A stretch of 64,000 nucleotides of DNA from a virus: positions 20,334-84,333 of IMG/VR virus record IMGVR_UViG_3300027747_002969; one strand, given 5' to 3'. Made by a program: the position numbers and the translations under genes. The notes beneath the pieces were generated by a model. That model was given only the letters and a program-made list of their open reading frames with translations, was not told where the DNA came from and did not search any database. Numbering within the stretch: position 1 is the stretch's first letter; every line of letters starts with the position of its first letter. Below are positions 8,160-18,178 of this stretch, piece after piece.

Positions 8160-8893
8160 AAGACTATATCAAAGACCTTACCACCTACGTGACTCCCACG
8201 GGGTTTTTTGACAAGATCAAGGTAGCGGCTACTACCAAAGAAATCACAGTTGAAGCCATGGAAAAGGAAAAGGAAGTGATTCTCAAGGGTCGCTTTACCA
8301 AACCTTTGAGCGACCTTACTGGCGAGTTTGGGCTCAGTAATCTTTCACTGCTGCAGACTATCACCGGCGATCAGCAATTTCCTCATGCCGAAAGCACACT
8401 TGCCATCACCTATGAGTCCAAAGCAGCAGAAAAGATCCCAACTGAACTGGCCTATCAAAACAAAAGCAAAAGCCATATCAACTATCGATTCATGGCCAAA
8501 CAACTGCTGCCAGACCAGCCCAAGTTTATGGAGCCCAAGTGGGATGTCACAGTAACACCCAGCAAGGCCAACATACAGCAGTTGACCTGGGCAGCCAATG
8601 GTCTTGGTACCTATGAGCAGTATTTCATTCCCAAGATTGTGGATGGAGACCTCATGTTTTTCATCGGTGAAGACAATGCAGCAACACAGCGCGGTGGGGT
8701 AGTATTTGCCAGCGAACGCAGTGAAACATTTGTCAGCGATCACAAATGGAAGATTGCGCAGATACTGTCGGTTTTGAAATTGGCAGACACCTGTGATTGC
8801 GAAATGTCTTTTTCTATCAAAGGTGCTATTCAAATCACCCTCAATACTGGTGTAGGAACCTATCGTTATATTTTCCCTGCAAAAGTGCGTTGA
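8150..8893 (+). CDS. Sliding clamp (gp45-like DNA polymerase processivity factor)
   Basis: About 247 aa, close downstream of the polymerase; GEFGLSNLSLL, NYRFM, PKWDVTVTP and C-terminal YRYIFPA patterns. Confidence 0.7.
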   Translation: MALKDYIKDLTTYVTPTGFFDKIKVAATTKEITVEAMEKEKEVILKGRFTKPLSDLTGEFGLSNLSLLQTITGDQQFPHAESTLAITYESKAAEKIPTELAYQNKSKSHINYRFMAKQLLPDQPKFMEPKWDVTVTPSKANIQQLTWAANGLGTYEQYFIPKIVDGDLMFFIGEDNAATQRGGVVFASERSETFVSDHKWKIAQILSVLKLADTCDCEMSFSIKGAIQITLNTGVGTYRYIFPAKVR

Positions 8894-8900
8894 ACATCTT

Positions 8901-8925
8901 GGAGATCACTGTGACAGTGATCTCC
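8901..8925. terminator. Perfect hairpin after the clamp gene (candidate terminator)
   Basis: GGAGATCACTGT-G-ACAGTGATCTCC inverted repeat; no strong U-tract. Confidence 0.5.
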
Positions 8926-8934
8926 TATAGATTT

Positions 8935-8942
8935 TATAAATA
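8935..8942 (+). promoter_or_regulatory. T4-type late promoter TATAAATA
   Basis: Exact T4 late -10 consensus, 6 nt before ATG 8949. Confidence 0.7.
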
Positions 8943-8948
8943 ACCAAG

Positions 8949-9707
8949 ATGAGATATCAAAAGCACTTCCGCACTATCGTAATCAGCGATTTGCATATGG
9001 GCAGCGCTGGTTGCAAAGCAAAATTACTTAATGATTTCCTCAAACATCATTCATCGGATTGGCTCTATCTCAACGGCGACATATTTGACTGTTGGAAAAT
9101 AGAACAAAACAAGTGGAATTTTACCAAAACACAGGGCAAGGTCCTGCGACGCCTGCTGAAGATCAGTCTCGGCAACACCAAAGTAGTATATGTGCTGGGC
9201 AATCATGATGATTTTTTCCGCAATTTCATACCATATAAGATTAACCTTGGCAAAATACGAGTGGTAAACGAATGCTGTCATGTTGGTCTTGATGGTCGCA
9301 GATATTTGGTAACGCATGGTGATCTCTTTGACACAGTCAGCAATCTGCATCGCTGGGTCAGCATGTGCGGAGACAGCGCCTATACATGGCTGCTGCGCAT
9401 GAATGGAGCGGTGAATTGGCTGCGCGGCCTTTTTGGTCTGAGATACTGGAGCCTCAGCCACTATCTCAAAACCAAGGTCAAACGTGCTGTGGATTTTATC
9501 TATCGGTTCGAAGAAACTCTAGCCAACTATGCACAGCACAAAAACTATGATGGGGTTATTGTTGGACACATACATGTCCCCGAAATCAAACTCATCAATG
9601 ATATTGTCTACATGAATTCCGGCGACTGGGTTGAAACCTGCAGCGCATTGGTAGAAGACGAAGAGGGCAATTGGATGGTGTTGTATTGGTGCTCAGTGGA
9701 AGATTGA
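8949..9707 (+). CDS. LpxH-like metallophosphoesterase (UDP-2,3-diacylglucosamine diphosphatase family)
   Basis: SDLHMG, LNGDIFD, LGNHD, THGD, GHIH, YMNSGDW. Confidence 0.85.
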   Translation: MRYQKHFRTIVISDLHMGSAGCKAKLLNDFLKHHSSDWLYLNGDIFDCWKIEQNKWNFTKTQGKVLRRLLKISLGNTKVVYVLGNHDDFFRNFIPYKINLGKIRVVNECCHVGLDGRRYLVTHGDLFDTVSNLHRWVSMCGDSAYTWLLRMNGAVNWLRGLFGLRYWSLSHYLKTKVKRAVDFIYRFEETLANYAQHKNYDGVIVGHIHVPEIKLINDIVYMNSGDWVETCSALVEDEEGNWMVLYWCSVED

Positions 9708-9769
9708 TGTTCATTGGTTGATCTTATCGTTTAACTAGACTATCATCAGCTGAAAACAAGAGGTGATGT

Positions 9770-9871
9770 ATGGCAATTGAACCAACCACAACGATCTATT
9801 CAACTAACAATGACAAAGTCATCTGCAAATATGCCGCTGCACTGAATGATATCTTGTTTGGAGGTCGGTGA
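9770..9871 (+). CDS. 33-aa small ORF (MAIEPTTTIYSTNNDKVICKYAAALNDILFGGR)
   Basis: GAGGTG RBS; TGATG overlap with the next gene. Confidence 0.45.
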   Translation: MAIEPTTTIYSTNNDKVICKYAAALNDILFGGR

Positions 9872-10248
9872 TGAATAAAAAGACATTTGTCTATTGTACC
9901 TTTCAAAAGGAAGGATACCATTTCTTTCCCGGAGCCGACACTGATCCTCAATATGCCACAGGTGATGTATACGATGTCAGTGCACTGGGATTTAGGCACA
10001 TGCACTACTTCAACTTCAAAGTCTGGGTTGAGGTGACTCATGCAAACCGTCAAATTGAGTTTATACAGCTGCGTAGATGGATTGAGCGTTTATATTCAAC
10101 TGGTGCTCTCGAACTTGACAATCAAAGTTGCGAAATGATGAGTGACGCATTGTATGAAAAAATCTCCGCTAGATATCCCGGAATGGAGATCAGGATAGAT
10201 ATCAGCGAAGAAGGTATCAACGGTTCTTACACTGAATATCAACCGTGA
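9871..10248 (+). CDS. QueD-like T-fold protein, candidate CDG decarboxylase (DpdL-like)
   Basis: EGYH, LGFRHMHYFNFKV, IEFIQL, SCEMMS, SEEGING; a canonical QueD is encoded separately at 18179. Confidence 0.6.
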   Translation: MNKKTFVYCTFQKEGYHFFPGADTDPQYATGDVYDVSALGFRHMHYFNFKVWVEVTHANRQIEFIQLRRWIERLYSTGALELDNQSCEMMSDALYEKISARYPGMEIRIDISEEGINGSYTEYQP

Positions 10249-10465
10249 TATTCAGTGTGAAAGACAATCTCGCGCGAAAGCCCGCGAGAGTTTGCTGCGC
10301 GGTAGTTCACCATGTCCGACATACAACTGCTGTCACAATATGACCAAACTGTTGTCATCCTGATAGCAGCTGATATAATACAACAACGATTATCCGGCGA
10401 GTATTTCTTGCACAGACGCTGTGAAACGTTGGTGAGTTGAGATTACAAATCACAAGAGAAATAAA

Positions 10466-11581
10466 ATGACAACAATCTACATCGTGCCAATTGAACCCGT
10501 AACCACGCGCTATACAAAACAATGGTATGACCATATTCCAATTCTGTTAGACCGTGCAGGTGCAGAACATGTGGTGATCGTAGACGGCGAAGCAGTGTCA
10601 GATACGCCAACTCCTGGGGCGTTTTTAGATTTTGCCGCAACAAATCAATGGAAAAGTAGCCAATTGATGATCATTGCACAGTTGTTCCGCGAGCAAAAGA
10701 TACAAGATGGCGACAAGTTCCTCTATACAGACGCATGGAACCCAACATGTATACAACTGCGCTACATGGCAGAATTGTTTGGCAAAAAGATTGAAATACA
10801 TGGTCTTTGGCATGCTGGTAGCTACGATTCGCAAGATTTTCTAGGGAGATTGATCGGTGACAAGCCCTGGATACGCAATGCCGAGACCAGCATGTTCTAC
10901 ACCTATGACACCAATTGGTTTGCTACGAGATTTCACAGTAATCTTTTTCTGCGTGAAATGTTTGATGTTGAGATTTTTTTCCGCAAGGATGAAACTGACG
11001 AATGGGTTCATCATGCCATAGGGGCTGAACGCCGTAGAATCAAGATCACAGGTTGGCCCATGGATTATCTCGTTGATGCACTGAAACCCTACAGCAATCT
11101 ACAAAAGAAGCAGCAGATCTGTTTCCCACATCGTATTGCACCAGAAAAGCAGTTGGAAATTTTCAAAGACCTGTCGTTGGTCATGCCCGAGTACAACTGG
11201 GTAGTTTGCCAGAATACACCATTGACCAAACATGAATACCATACCATACTTGGTGAGAGCAAGGTTGTATTTTCAGCCGGTCTACAAGAAACCCTAGGTA
11301 TTTCTGCATGCGCTGAGGCATCACTGTGTAATGCTATACCATATTGTCCAGACAGACTCAGCTACAGTGAGATATTCTCAAATCATAAAGAGTTTTTATA
11401 TCCATCAGAATGGACTGAAAACTGGGAAGGTTATCTTCGACACAGATCAAAGTTGGTAGATCAAATTAGATCTATCATGAATGGATATGATCAGATGTTG
11501 CCAATTATAAAAGATTATAATCAACATACAGTTTCTAAATACTTTAGTGCAGATCCGTTGGTCACTGCATTGATAGGGTAA
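10466..11581 (+). CDS. GT-B fold glycosyltransferase
   Basis: FPHRIAPEKQ, QETLGIS...EA...P..PDRLSYSE (retaining GT-B E-x7-E-like region). Confidence 0.75.
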   Translation: MTTIYIVPIEPVTTRYTKQWYDHIPILLDRAGAEHVVIVDGEAVSDTPTPGAFLDFAATNQWKSSQLMIIAQLFREQKIQDGDKFLYTDAWNPTCIQLRYMAELFGKKIEIHGLWHAGSYDSQDFLGRLIGDKPWIRNAETSMFYTYDTNWFATRFHSNLFLREMFDVEIFFRKDETDEWVHHAIGAERRRIKITGWPMDYLVDALKPYSNLQKKQQICFPHRIAPEKQLEIFKDLSLVMPEYNWVVCQNTPLTKHEYHTILGESKVVFSAGLQETLGISACAEASLCNAIPYCPDRLSYSEIFSNHKEFLYPSEWTENWEGYLRHRSKLVDQIRSIMNGYDQMLPIIKDYNQHTVSKYFSADPLVTALIG

Positions 11582-11893
11582 TAGGTGATAACCTCAAGCG
11601 AATAAGACAACTTTTGGATTATGACCAAAATCCTGCATGGAAAGCCGTGGGTAGATTTGATTTGCCAAAGGCATGTCTAGCGATTTGGTGATCAACCTGC
11701 CCTAGCAGTAGATTCGTCACAGCTTTTTAATTGTAGAAACCACAGTGCAGCAGCGGAACATTTGCAACGCAGTGGATACCATTTGCTCACCCAATATCGC
11801 AGCAACGTGGTGTTTGCGCCAAAGACTGTCTAATAGAAAATTGCAGAACCTGTTGTTCTGCAACTAAACTGTATGATAGGAGAACTCTCGCAC

Positions 11894-12517
11894 ATGTTAC
11901 CTGCTGTATTCAAAGACCTAGACCGCGGTCTGTTGTGGAAATTGGTCATAATCCAATCACTGCTGATCACCATCAGCAACTATTTGGTACACTATAAATT
12001 CGCCATACTGGGATGGCCCTTGGCCTGGAGCATATGGTGCACACCACTGTTCATGGTGATCACTGATCTGGTCACACGCCTAGTGGGCAAACCACTTGCA
12101 CGAGCTGTGCTGCTGGCCACTCTGGTGCCGGGCATGCTGGGCACTGCGGTTGGTGCTTGGCTCTATGGCAGCGGCCTAGTTGATGGCACTCGCCTCACGG
12201 TAGCCAGTGGCATCTGTTATCTGCTGCCCATGCTGTTGGATGTCTGGATCTTTGCCTGGCTGCGCCATCGTATATCTGCGTGGTATGTAGCACCTGCTGT
12301 CAGCGGTGTTGTGACCACCATATTCATGACATATCTGTTTTGGGGTGTGGCATTTGCAGGCGGCAGCGATCCCTATCTCAGCAGTCATTGGTATGTGTTG
12401 GCCACCAGTCAGCTGATCATCAAGAACCTGCTGAATCTCCTGCTGCTGCTGCCGCTGTATGGTGCACTGCTGACTTGGCTCACACGCAAATCAGGTGCTA
12501 GACATGCAGGAGTATAA
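11894..12517 (+). CDS. yhhQ: Queuosine-precursor (preQ0/preQ1) transporter, YhhQ/VUT family
   Basis: About six TM helices; ISNYLV, TDLVTRLVGKPLAR, LDVWIFAWLR, WYVAPAVS and LPLYGALL follow the E. coli YhhQ pattern. Confidence 0.85.
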   Translation: MLPAVFKDLDRGLLWKLVIIQSLLITISNYLVHYKFAILGWPLAWSIWCTPLFMVITDLVTRLVGKPLARAVLLATLVPGMLGTAVGAWLYGSGLVDGTRLTVASGICYLLPMLLDVWIFAWLRHRISAWYVAPAVSGVVTTIFMTYLFWGVAFAGGSDPYLSSHWYVLATSQLIIKNLLNLLLLLPLYGALLTWLTRKSGARHAGV

Positions 12518-13295
12518 TCGATTGTGGGATACCTACAGCAAAAACTGGGATCTGCTGAAAGCACCCATGCGGCCCACCACTGCTGTGATCCGTGTGCTGC
12601 AGCAGCAGATAGGCGAAGGTCATGTGCTGCAGTTGGGCTGCACTCCTGAGATACATGCGGCGTTTGATCACATCACTGCTGTGGACAGAGATCCCAACAT
12701 GATTGCCACTGTGTGGCCAGGCAACACTGCCACCAAACAGGTGATCAATCAAGACTGGATGCACATGATTTGGCCCCACAACACATTTACAGGCATAGTC
12801 AGTGACTGTGGTGTGGTCATGCTTGGTACCTTGCAACGACAACAAGAGTTTCTGTCTCGCTGCTGGGATTGGCTTGCACCTGGGGGTACCTATGCGCAAC
12901 GCTACTTTGAGCGCCCCATGGTCAACATCACCTTGGAAGAACTACTGGCTGACATCAGCGGACCAGCCAAGATCAACTTTCATGCTTTCAAATGGAAGAT
13001 GGGCATGTATCTGGCAGGTCAACACGGTGCGGCCACTGCCAGTGTGCAGATATTAGATCTGTGGCGTGAGATCAGCGGCGATCGAGAGGCAGTGTTGGAT
13101 CGCACAGGTTGGTCTGCTGAAGCGGTGCAGACAGTGGATTTTTATCAGACCAGTGGGCAGGTAGTGACATTTGCCAATCGTGAGGAATATGCCAGCACTA
13201 TACCTGCAGGTGCAGTTGATGTGGAATGGCTCTATACAACAGATTATGATTTTGCAGAACACTGTCCTATCATGCGCTGGAGAAAGCCGCTGTGA
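12504..13295 (+). CDS. Class I SAM-dependent methyltransferase
   Basis: VLQLGCTPE (motif I), AVDRD, QDW, LAPGG; overlaps the yhhQ stop. Confidence 0.7.
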   Translation: MQEYNRLWDTYSKNWDLLKAPMRPTTAVIRVLQQQIGEGHVLQLGCTPEIHAAFDHITAVDRDPNMIATVWPGNTATKQVINQDWMHMIWPHNTFTGIVSDCGVVMLGTLQRQQEFLSRCWDWLAPGGTYAQRYFERPMVNITLEELLADISGPAKINFHAFKWKMGMYLAGQHGAATASVQILDLWREISGDREAVLDRTGWSAEAVQTVDFYQTSGQVVTFANREEYASTIPAGAVDVEWLYTTDYDFAEHCPIMRWRKPL

Positions 13296-14632
13296 ACCTA
13301 GAAGGTGTGACATGGCCCAAGATGTATACTGGGCCTAACCTAGTGCTTATGGCGCTGCTGGCCGAGTTGGACCGCACAATGTGGTTAGATCCTGAAGTCA
13401 TAGCTGCTGAGCAGTTCAAACAACTGCGTTTGATAATTGCTCATCACACGGCATACAGCCCGCAGTTTGCTGCTAGAATGCTGGCAGCTGGATTGACAGC
13501 TGCTGACATCACTGACGCGGCCAGCCTTCGCCGCCTGCCGCCCTTGCGACGCCTAGACATACAGCGTGCAGGCGATGGTTTTTACAGTAAACACATACCG
13601 CAGAGCCATGGACAACCGGGTGAGACTCGCACCAGTGGTAGCACAGGTGAACCTGTGAAGATACGCAAGACACAGATTGATGCACTGTTTTGGACTGCAC
13701 ATGCTATAAGAGATCATCTCTGGGCCCGTCGCGATTTTCGCCACCGGTTGCTGAGCATACGTGCTGACATCTGGAAGTACGGCGAGTCGCCCAACTGGGG
13801 ACAGCCCATAGCAGACATCTGGCAGACTGGTCGCAGTATAGGCATGCCGGCTACCTATGATGTACGAGAACAGTTGCGGATCATCAAAGAATTCCAGCCT
13901 GGCATACTGCTGATCTATCCCAACAATCTCAGCATTATCTTGGACGAAATGGCAGCAGATGGCAGCGACTTTGGATTTATCAAGCATGTCAAGACCATCG
14001 GTGAGACTGTGCACCAGTGGCAGCGTGACAAGACTCGTGCTGTTCTTGGAGTAAAGATAGAAGACAACTACAGCAGCAATGAAATGGGCTGCATGGCCAT
14101 GCAGTGTCCAGACACCGACAACTACCATGTCATGACAGAAACTGTGATAGTAGAGATCATCAATGATCAGGATCAGCCCTGTGTACCAGGTGAAGTGGGA
14201 CGTTTGGTGGTCACTGACCTACACAACCATGCCAGCCCATTGATACGCTATGACATAGGCGACTGGGCAGAAGCGGGTGAACCCTGCAGATGTGGACGAG
14301 GGTTGCCAACTATCAAGCGATTTGTTGGCAGAGAACACAGCATACTTTCACGGCCCGACGGCACTCGCATCTGGCCCATATTCTATGGCGCCAAAATGAA
14401 TGACATTGCACCGGTGAGACAGTACCAATTCATACAGCACACACTGACCGGCATGGAATTTCGCTGCTTTACAGAACAGCCGCTGACTGCAGCGCAGCGT
14501 GAAGGACTCATAGCATTAGTACAAGAGGCTCTGGGGTGGCCCTATGATTTAGATCTCATAGAATATCGCCAGCCTCTGCCAACCACAGCTCGTGGAAAAT
14601 TTCAAGAATATATCAACCGAATGGCAACATGA
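13292..14632 (+). CDS. Phenylacetate-CoA ligase/CapK-like adenylate-forming enzyme (ANL superfamily)
   Basis: TSGSTGEP, NYSSNEMG, GRLVVTDL, RYDIGD, CRCGR, GR, GKF; GTGA overlap with the methyltransferase. Confidence 0.85.
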   Translation: MNLEGVTWPKMYTGPNLVLMALLAELDRTMWLDPEVIAAEQFKQLRLIIAHHTAYSPQFAARMLAAGLTAADITDAASLRRLPPLRRLDIQRAGDGFYSKHIPQSHGQPGETRTSGSTGEPVKIRKTQIDALFWTAHAIRDHLWARRDFRHRLLSIRADIWKYGESPNWGQPIADIWQTGRSIGMPATYDVREQLRIIKEFQPGILLIYPNNLSIILDEMAADGSDFGFIKHVKTIGETVHQWQRDKTRAVLGVKIEDNYSSNEMGCMAMQCPDTDNYHVMTETVIVEIINDQDQPCVPGEVGRLVVTDLHNHASPLIRYDIGDWAEAGEPCRCGRGLPTIKRFVGREHSILSRPDGTRIWPIFYGAKMNDIAPVRQYQFIQHTLTGMEFRCFTEQPLTAAQREGLIALVQEALGWPYDLDLIEYRQPLPTTARGKFQEYINRMAT

Positions 14633-14807
14633 AAGTGATTTCCTGCATAACAGTTTGGCCATCGCCCAGTTGCGTAGTTGGACCAAAATAACCTCTGTTA
14701 TGTGAAAATCTGACATCCTTGTTGTGATGCGTCTGCATCTAACGCGGACATAACTTGATCTTTCAATGATCCAGCATCATACTGATGCTAGATAGGAATT
14801 ATCAACT

Positions 14808-16442
14808 ATGAATCCATTTGAAAACCAGCGCGGTTTAAACAAACAAGCAGTAAACCTTGCAAAATCGCAAAAAGACTATGCAGTATTTCTACCGTCAATT
14901 TCGGCGATCTATGCCAAGATCGTCAGTATGCCGGAATACAAGATACGTGAAAGGCTGCCCGATGGACTCAATAATGATAGATTAGACTTAAATTTCCTCA
15001 ACAAAGACAATAGTTTATTCTACTATCCTGCTGCACTTTATAGTGCAGGCCATGCATATCTAGACGTTAATGAAAGCAATGTTTACGAAAGCATGGTGCA
15101 AAAGCGAGATCGTTCAAGAACGGTGATAATAGGTGACAGTGGCGGATTCCAGATTGCCACAGGCGTATTGAAATGGCCATGGACACCAAAGAAAAATCAA
15201 GATGATTTAGAATGGGCACGTGACAAGGACAAACTGCGCATGTCGATTTTAAGATGGTTAGAAGCCACTGCAGATTATTCGTCTGTGCTCGACGTGCCAA
15301 CTTACGGTCTTGTTAAATTTGGATTTGATCCTGTCACAGGAGAAAGTCTGCATCCCGGAATGAAGACCTTTCGCGACTGTCTCAATGTCAGCCTTGAAAA
15401 TTATGATTTCTTTATACGAAACAGGGTTGAAGGTGCTACCAAGTTTCTAAACGTGTTGCAGGGTCGCAACCAAGAAGAAGGCGATGTTTGGTGGGATGCT
15501 GTGAAAGACCTGCCGTTTGAAACCTGGGCTTTTTCTAACGTTCAGGCATCAAACTTTTCCATCAACCTGCGGCGTTTGATCATCATGCGTGATGGCAAGT
15601 ATTTAGATGGACGCGATTGGCTACACTATCTCGGCAATGGTAAGATCAAAGCCGGTTGTGCATTGACCACGCTGCAGCGTGCCATTAGACAGCATATCAA
15701 TTCCAACATTACACTGAGTTTTGATGCAGCATCGCCGTTTGTGATGGTGGCTAAAGGACAGATGTATCATGGGTATGAACTCAGCCACAACAGCATGCGA
15801 TTCAAAGGTGGCAGCATAGTCGATGACAAACTTTTAAAAAACAGTCAACTGCTGTTGAACGACTGGATTTCTGCTAATGATCACAAGGGTTTTATAATTC
15901 CCAGTGCCATTGGTTCTCGCTGCACTGTTGGAGATATTTGTGTGCGAGGCTACGAGGATCTTGCCTATAAGAAGGTAGCATGGACCAAAAAGGAATTGCA
16001 AACTGATGCATATCTCAACAGTCAAGAAGGTCGTGCCGGAGACAAGTTCAAATGGAGTAATGATTACAAAGAGTATCTATCACATAGTCGGGATCACGGC
16101 GGGCTGTTTGATTTCAGCAGCAGCAAATTTGAACTAGATCATGAGAAATATCAAGTGAAATGGCCCAGCAGCATGGATGGTTTTTCCTATATCATTGCTA
16201 TGAACCACAATGTTGAGTTGCATATACGTGCAATTCAAGAAGCCTGTGCAGCACAGGATCTACCTCTGGCAGCAGCAACAGCACGAGTCACTCCAGATCT
16301 GCTGGAATTTAAAGATCTCTGCGGCGAAATATTGACCAGCCAACGACCTATGGATATTATCAACAAGCATGAGAAACTGCTGCGCAACATTACTGGCATG
16401 GATGCGGATAACCAAGTCAACATGGAAGTTGGAGACTTTTGA
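14808..16442 (+). CDS. dpdA: DpdA/TGT-like guanine transglycosylase (7-deazaguanine insertion into DNA)
   Basis: GDSGGFQ, LDVP, NVLQG, HYLG, SFDAASP TGT-fold motifs; clustered with folE/queD/queE. Confidence 0.75.
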   Translation: MNPFENQRGLNKQAVNLAKSQKDYAVFLPSISAIYAKIVSMPEYKIRERLPDGLNNDRLDLNFLNKDNSLFYYPAALYSAGHAYLDVNESNVYESMVQKRDRSRTVIIGDSGGFQIATGVLKWPWTPKKNQDDLEWARDKDKLRMSILRWLEATADYSSVLDVPTYGLVKFGFDPVTGESLHPGMKTFRDCLNVSLENYDFFIRNRVEGATKFLNVLQGRNQEEGDVWWDAVKDLPFETWAFSNVQASNFSINLRRLIIMRDGKYLDGRDWLHYLGNGKIKAGCALTTLQRAIRQHINSNITLSFDAASPFVMVAKGQMYHGYELSHNSMRFKGGSIVDDKLLKNSQLLLNDWISANDHKGFIIPSAIGSRCTVGDICVRGYEDLAYKKVAWTKKELQTDAYLNSQEGRAGDKFKWSNDYKEYLSHSRDHGGLFDFSSSKFELDHEKYQVKWPSSMDGFSYIIAMNHNVELHIRAIQEACAAQDLPLAAATARVTPDLLEFKDLCGEILTSQRPMDIINKHEKLLRNITGMDADNQVNMEVGDF

Positions 16443-16969
16443 TGAAACGTGACTATAAAGATGGCATCAAGAATGATGTGGTGTTTTTTACCGGAACAGA
16501 AGTGGAGCACACGCCTGCATGGGGTCTCAAAACACTGTTTGTAGTTGGTGTTCAACCCATTGAACGTGTTGCTGCACTGTTTGATCAGCACCGGTGTGAA
16601 CACATCTATCTTGGTGCCAATCAAAGTTTTGACACAGAAGGTTGGCTAGGTAACATCACTAACAGTGATGCCTGGGATAATATGATCAACAGCGTGTTGA
16701 CAATTGGTTGTTTGACCACGTTGGATTTTGATCTACGGTACGTGGACTGGGTCTGCGAAGGTGGGTATGCTGACAATGACCTCTTTATTCCGCAGATATC
16801 AGTCAAAATACCTTATCTAAACCAACTGGGTTATAATGCCACGTTGAAAATAGATGATCGTGGTTTTCGTGCAACCAACCCCGGCGTGTGGTGCCATAGC
16901 CTTCATGATCTCACTTCTCGCAGGGAGTTTACAGCTTGGAACCAATACAGTAAGGATCAACCAATATGA
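16442..16969 (+). CDS. Hypothetical protein coupled to dpdA
   Basis: Overlapping start/stop; GTEVEHTPA, HIYLGANQSF, TNPGVWCH. Confidence 0.7.
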   Translation: MKRDYKDGIKNDVVFFTGTEVEHTPAWGLKTLFVVGVQPIERVAALFDQHRCEHIYLGANQSFDTEGWLGNITNSDAWDNMINSVLTIGCLTTLDFDLRYVDWVCEGGYADNDLFIPQISVKIPYLNQLGYNATLKIDDRGFRATNPGVWCHSLHDLTSRREFTAWNQYSKDQPI

Positions 16970-17400
16970 ATCAACAGACCATAGACTATTTGCAGGATTA
17001 CAGAAAAAAGACCGCAGATTTAGCCCTGCTAAAATCACAAATACATGTTTTAGAACAGGACCTGATGAACAAAAATCATCAGGTACAGGATATGTTATAT
17101 GAAATCGACAGCATGCGCAAGATCATTACTTTGATGATAGACAATGACTGGGATCCAGTAGAGACCAAACTGCGCAGCGAACCGTCTGAGAGACAAAAAA
17201 ATCACTGGGGATATGCCAGCGACTACAGTGAACTTTCTCATCTTGCTCATAAGAGCATTAACAACAAAAATATATACTACAATCATCAAGGGTGTCACTA
17301 CAGTGGTGCAACCGGGGCAATCGGAGCGCTGGGGTCTAGCAGTGTGCCCAATCCCAGTTATCAAAGTACAACCATTATTGCAAAACAAATTACACCTTAA
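16966..17400 (+). CDS. Hypothetical coiled-coil protein
   Basis: ATGA overlap, heptad-like N-terminus. Confidence 0.55.
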   Translation: MNQQTIDYLQDYRKKTADLALLKSQIHVLEQDLMNKNHQVQDMLYEIDSMRKIITLMIDNDWDPVETKLRSEPSERQKNHWGYASDYSELSHLAHKSINNKNIYYNHQGCHYSGATGAIGALGSSSVPNPSYQSTTIIAKQITP

Positions 17401-17455
17401 TTGTGTTGTTAAAAACTCCCAGTCTAAACTCTAGTGCAATTGCAAGGACAATATC

Positions 17456-18127
17456 ATGACTGCTACCAGCATTAAAATACGCAATCGAATTCAAACCAAT
17501 GGGGGTAAGTTTTTCTGCAACGACAATATCTCTGAATACATGGAACCCGGAGAATTTGACCTGTTGATGACAGAAGTCGAGTCTAAGATGCAGGGTGTGT
17601 TGGAAAGCCTGGTAATTGACACTGAGAACGATCACAACACACGAGAAACTGCACACAGAGTAGCCAAGATGTTTTGTACGGAGGTGTTTTCTGGCAGATA
17701 TCTTCCTCAACCCAAGATCACAGCATTTCCCAACGCCACAGCATATGATGAAGTCTATGTGACTGGACCAATTTCTGTAAGATCGACATGTGCTCACCAC
17801 CTACAGAGCATCAAGGGCCAGTGTTATATTGGTGTGTTCCCAGGCAAGAACGTTATTGGTCTTAGCAAGTTTAATCGCATGGTAGATTGGATTGCCAGCC
17901 GTCCACAGATTCAGGAAGAAATGACCATACAGATTGCCGATCTTGTGGAACGTGAAACTGAAGCCAAAGGTGTTGCTGTGCTGCTGCAGGCAGAGCACGG
18001 ATGCATGACCATGCGAGGAGTTAAAGAGCATGATTCTGACATGACCACCAGTGTGATGCGCGGAGTGTTTCGAGATACTCCGCACATCAAAAAGGAGTTT
18101 TTTGACATACTTGCTAGGATGAAATAG
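17456..18127 (+). CDS. folE: GTP cyclohydrolase I
   Basis: TAHRVAKM, RSTCAHH, GLSKFNR, RPQIQE, HGCMTMRGV. Confidence 0.95.
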   Translation: MTATSIKIRNRIQTNGGKFFCNDNISEYMEPGEFDLLMTEVESKMQGVLESLVIDTENDHNTRETAHRVAKMFCTEVFSGRYLPQPKITAFPNATAYDEVYVTGPISVRSTCAHHLQSIKGQCYIGVFPGKNVIGLSKFNRMVDWIASRPQIQEEMTIQIADLVERETEAKGVAVLLQAEHGCMTMRGVKEHDSDMTTSVMRGVFRDTPHIKKEFFDILARMK

Positions 18128-18178
18128 TGAACTGGCATGAAATGGGTATCACATGTGACAATAGGAAAGGTAATATAA

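Noticed and set aside
11582-14807. preQ1 riboswitch upstream of yhhQ or dpdA
   Set aside because: No recognisable preQ1-I stem-loop with A-rich tail by eye; an Infernal search would be needed to exclude it fully
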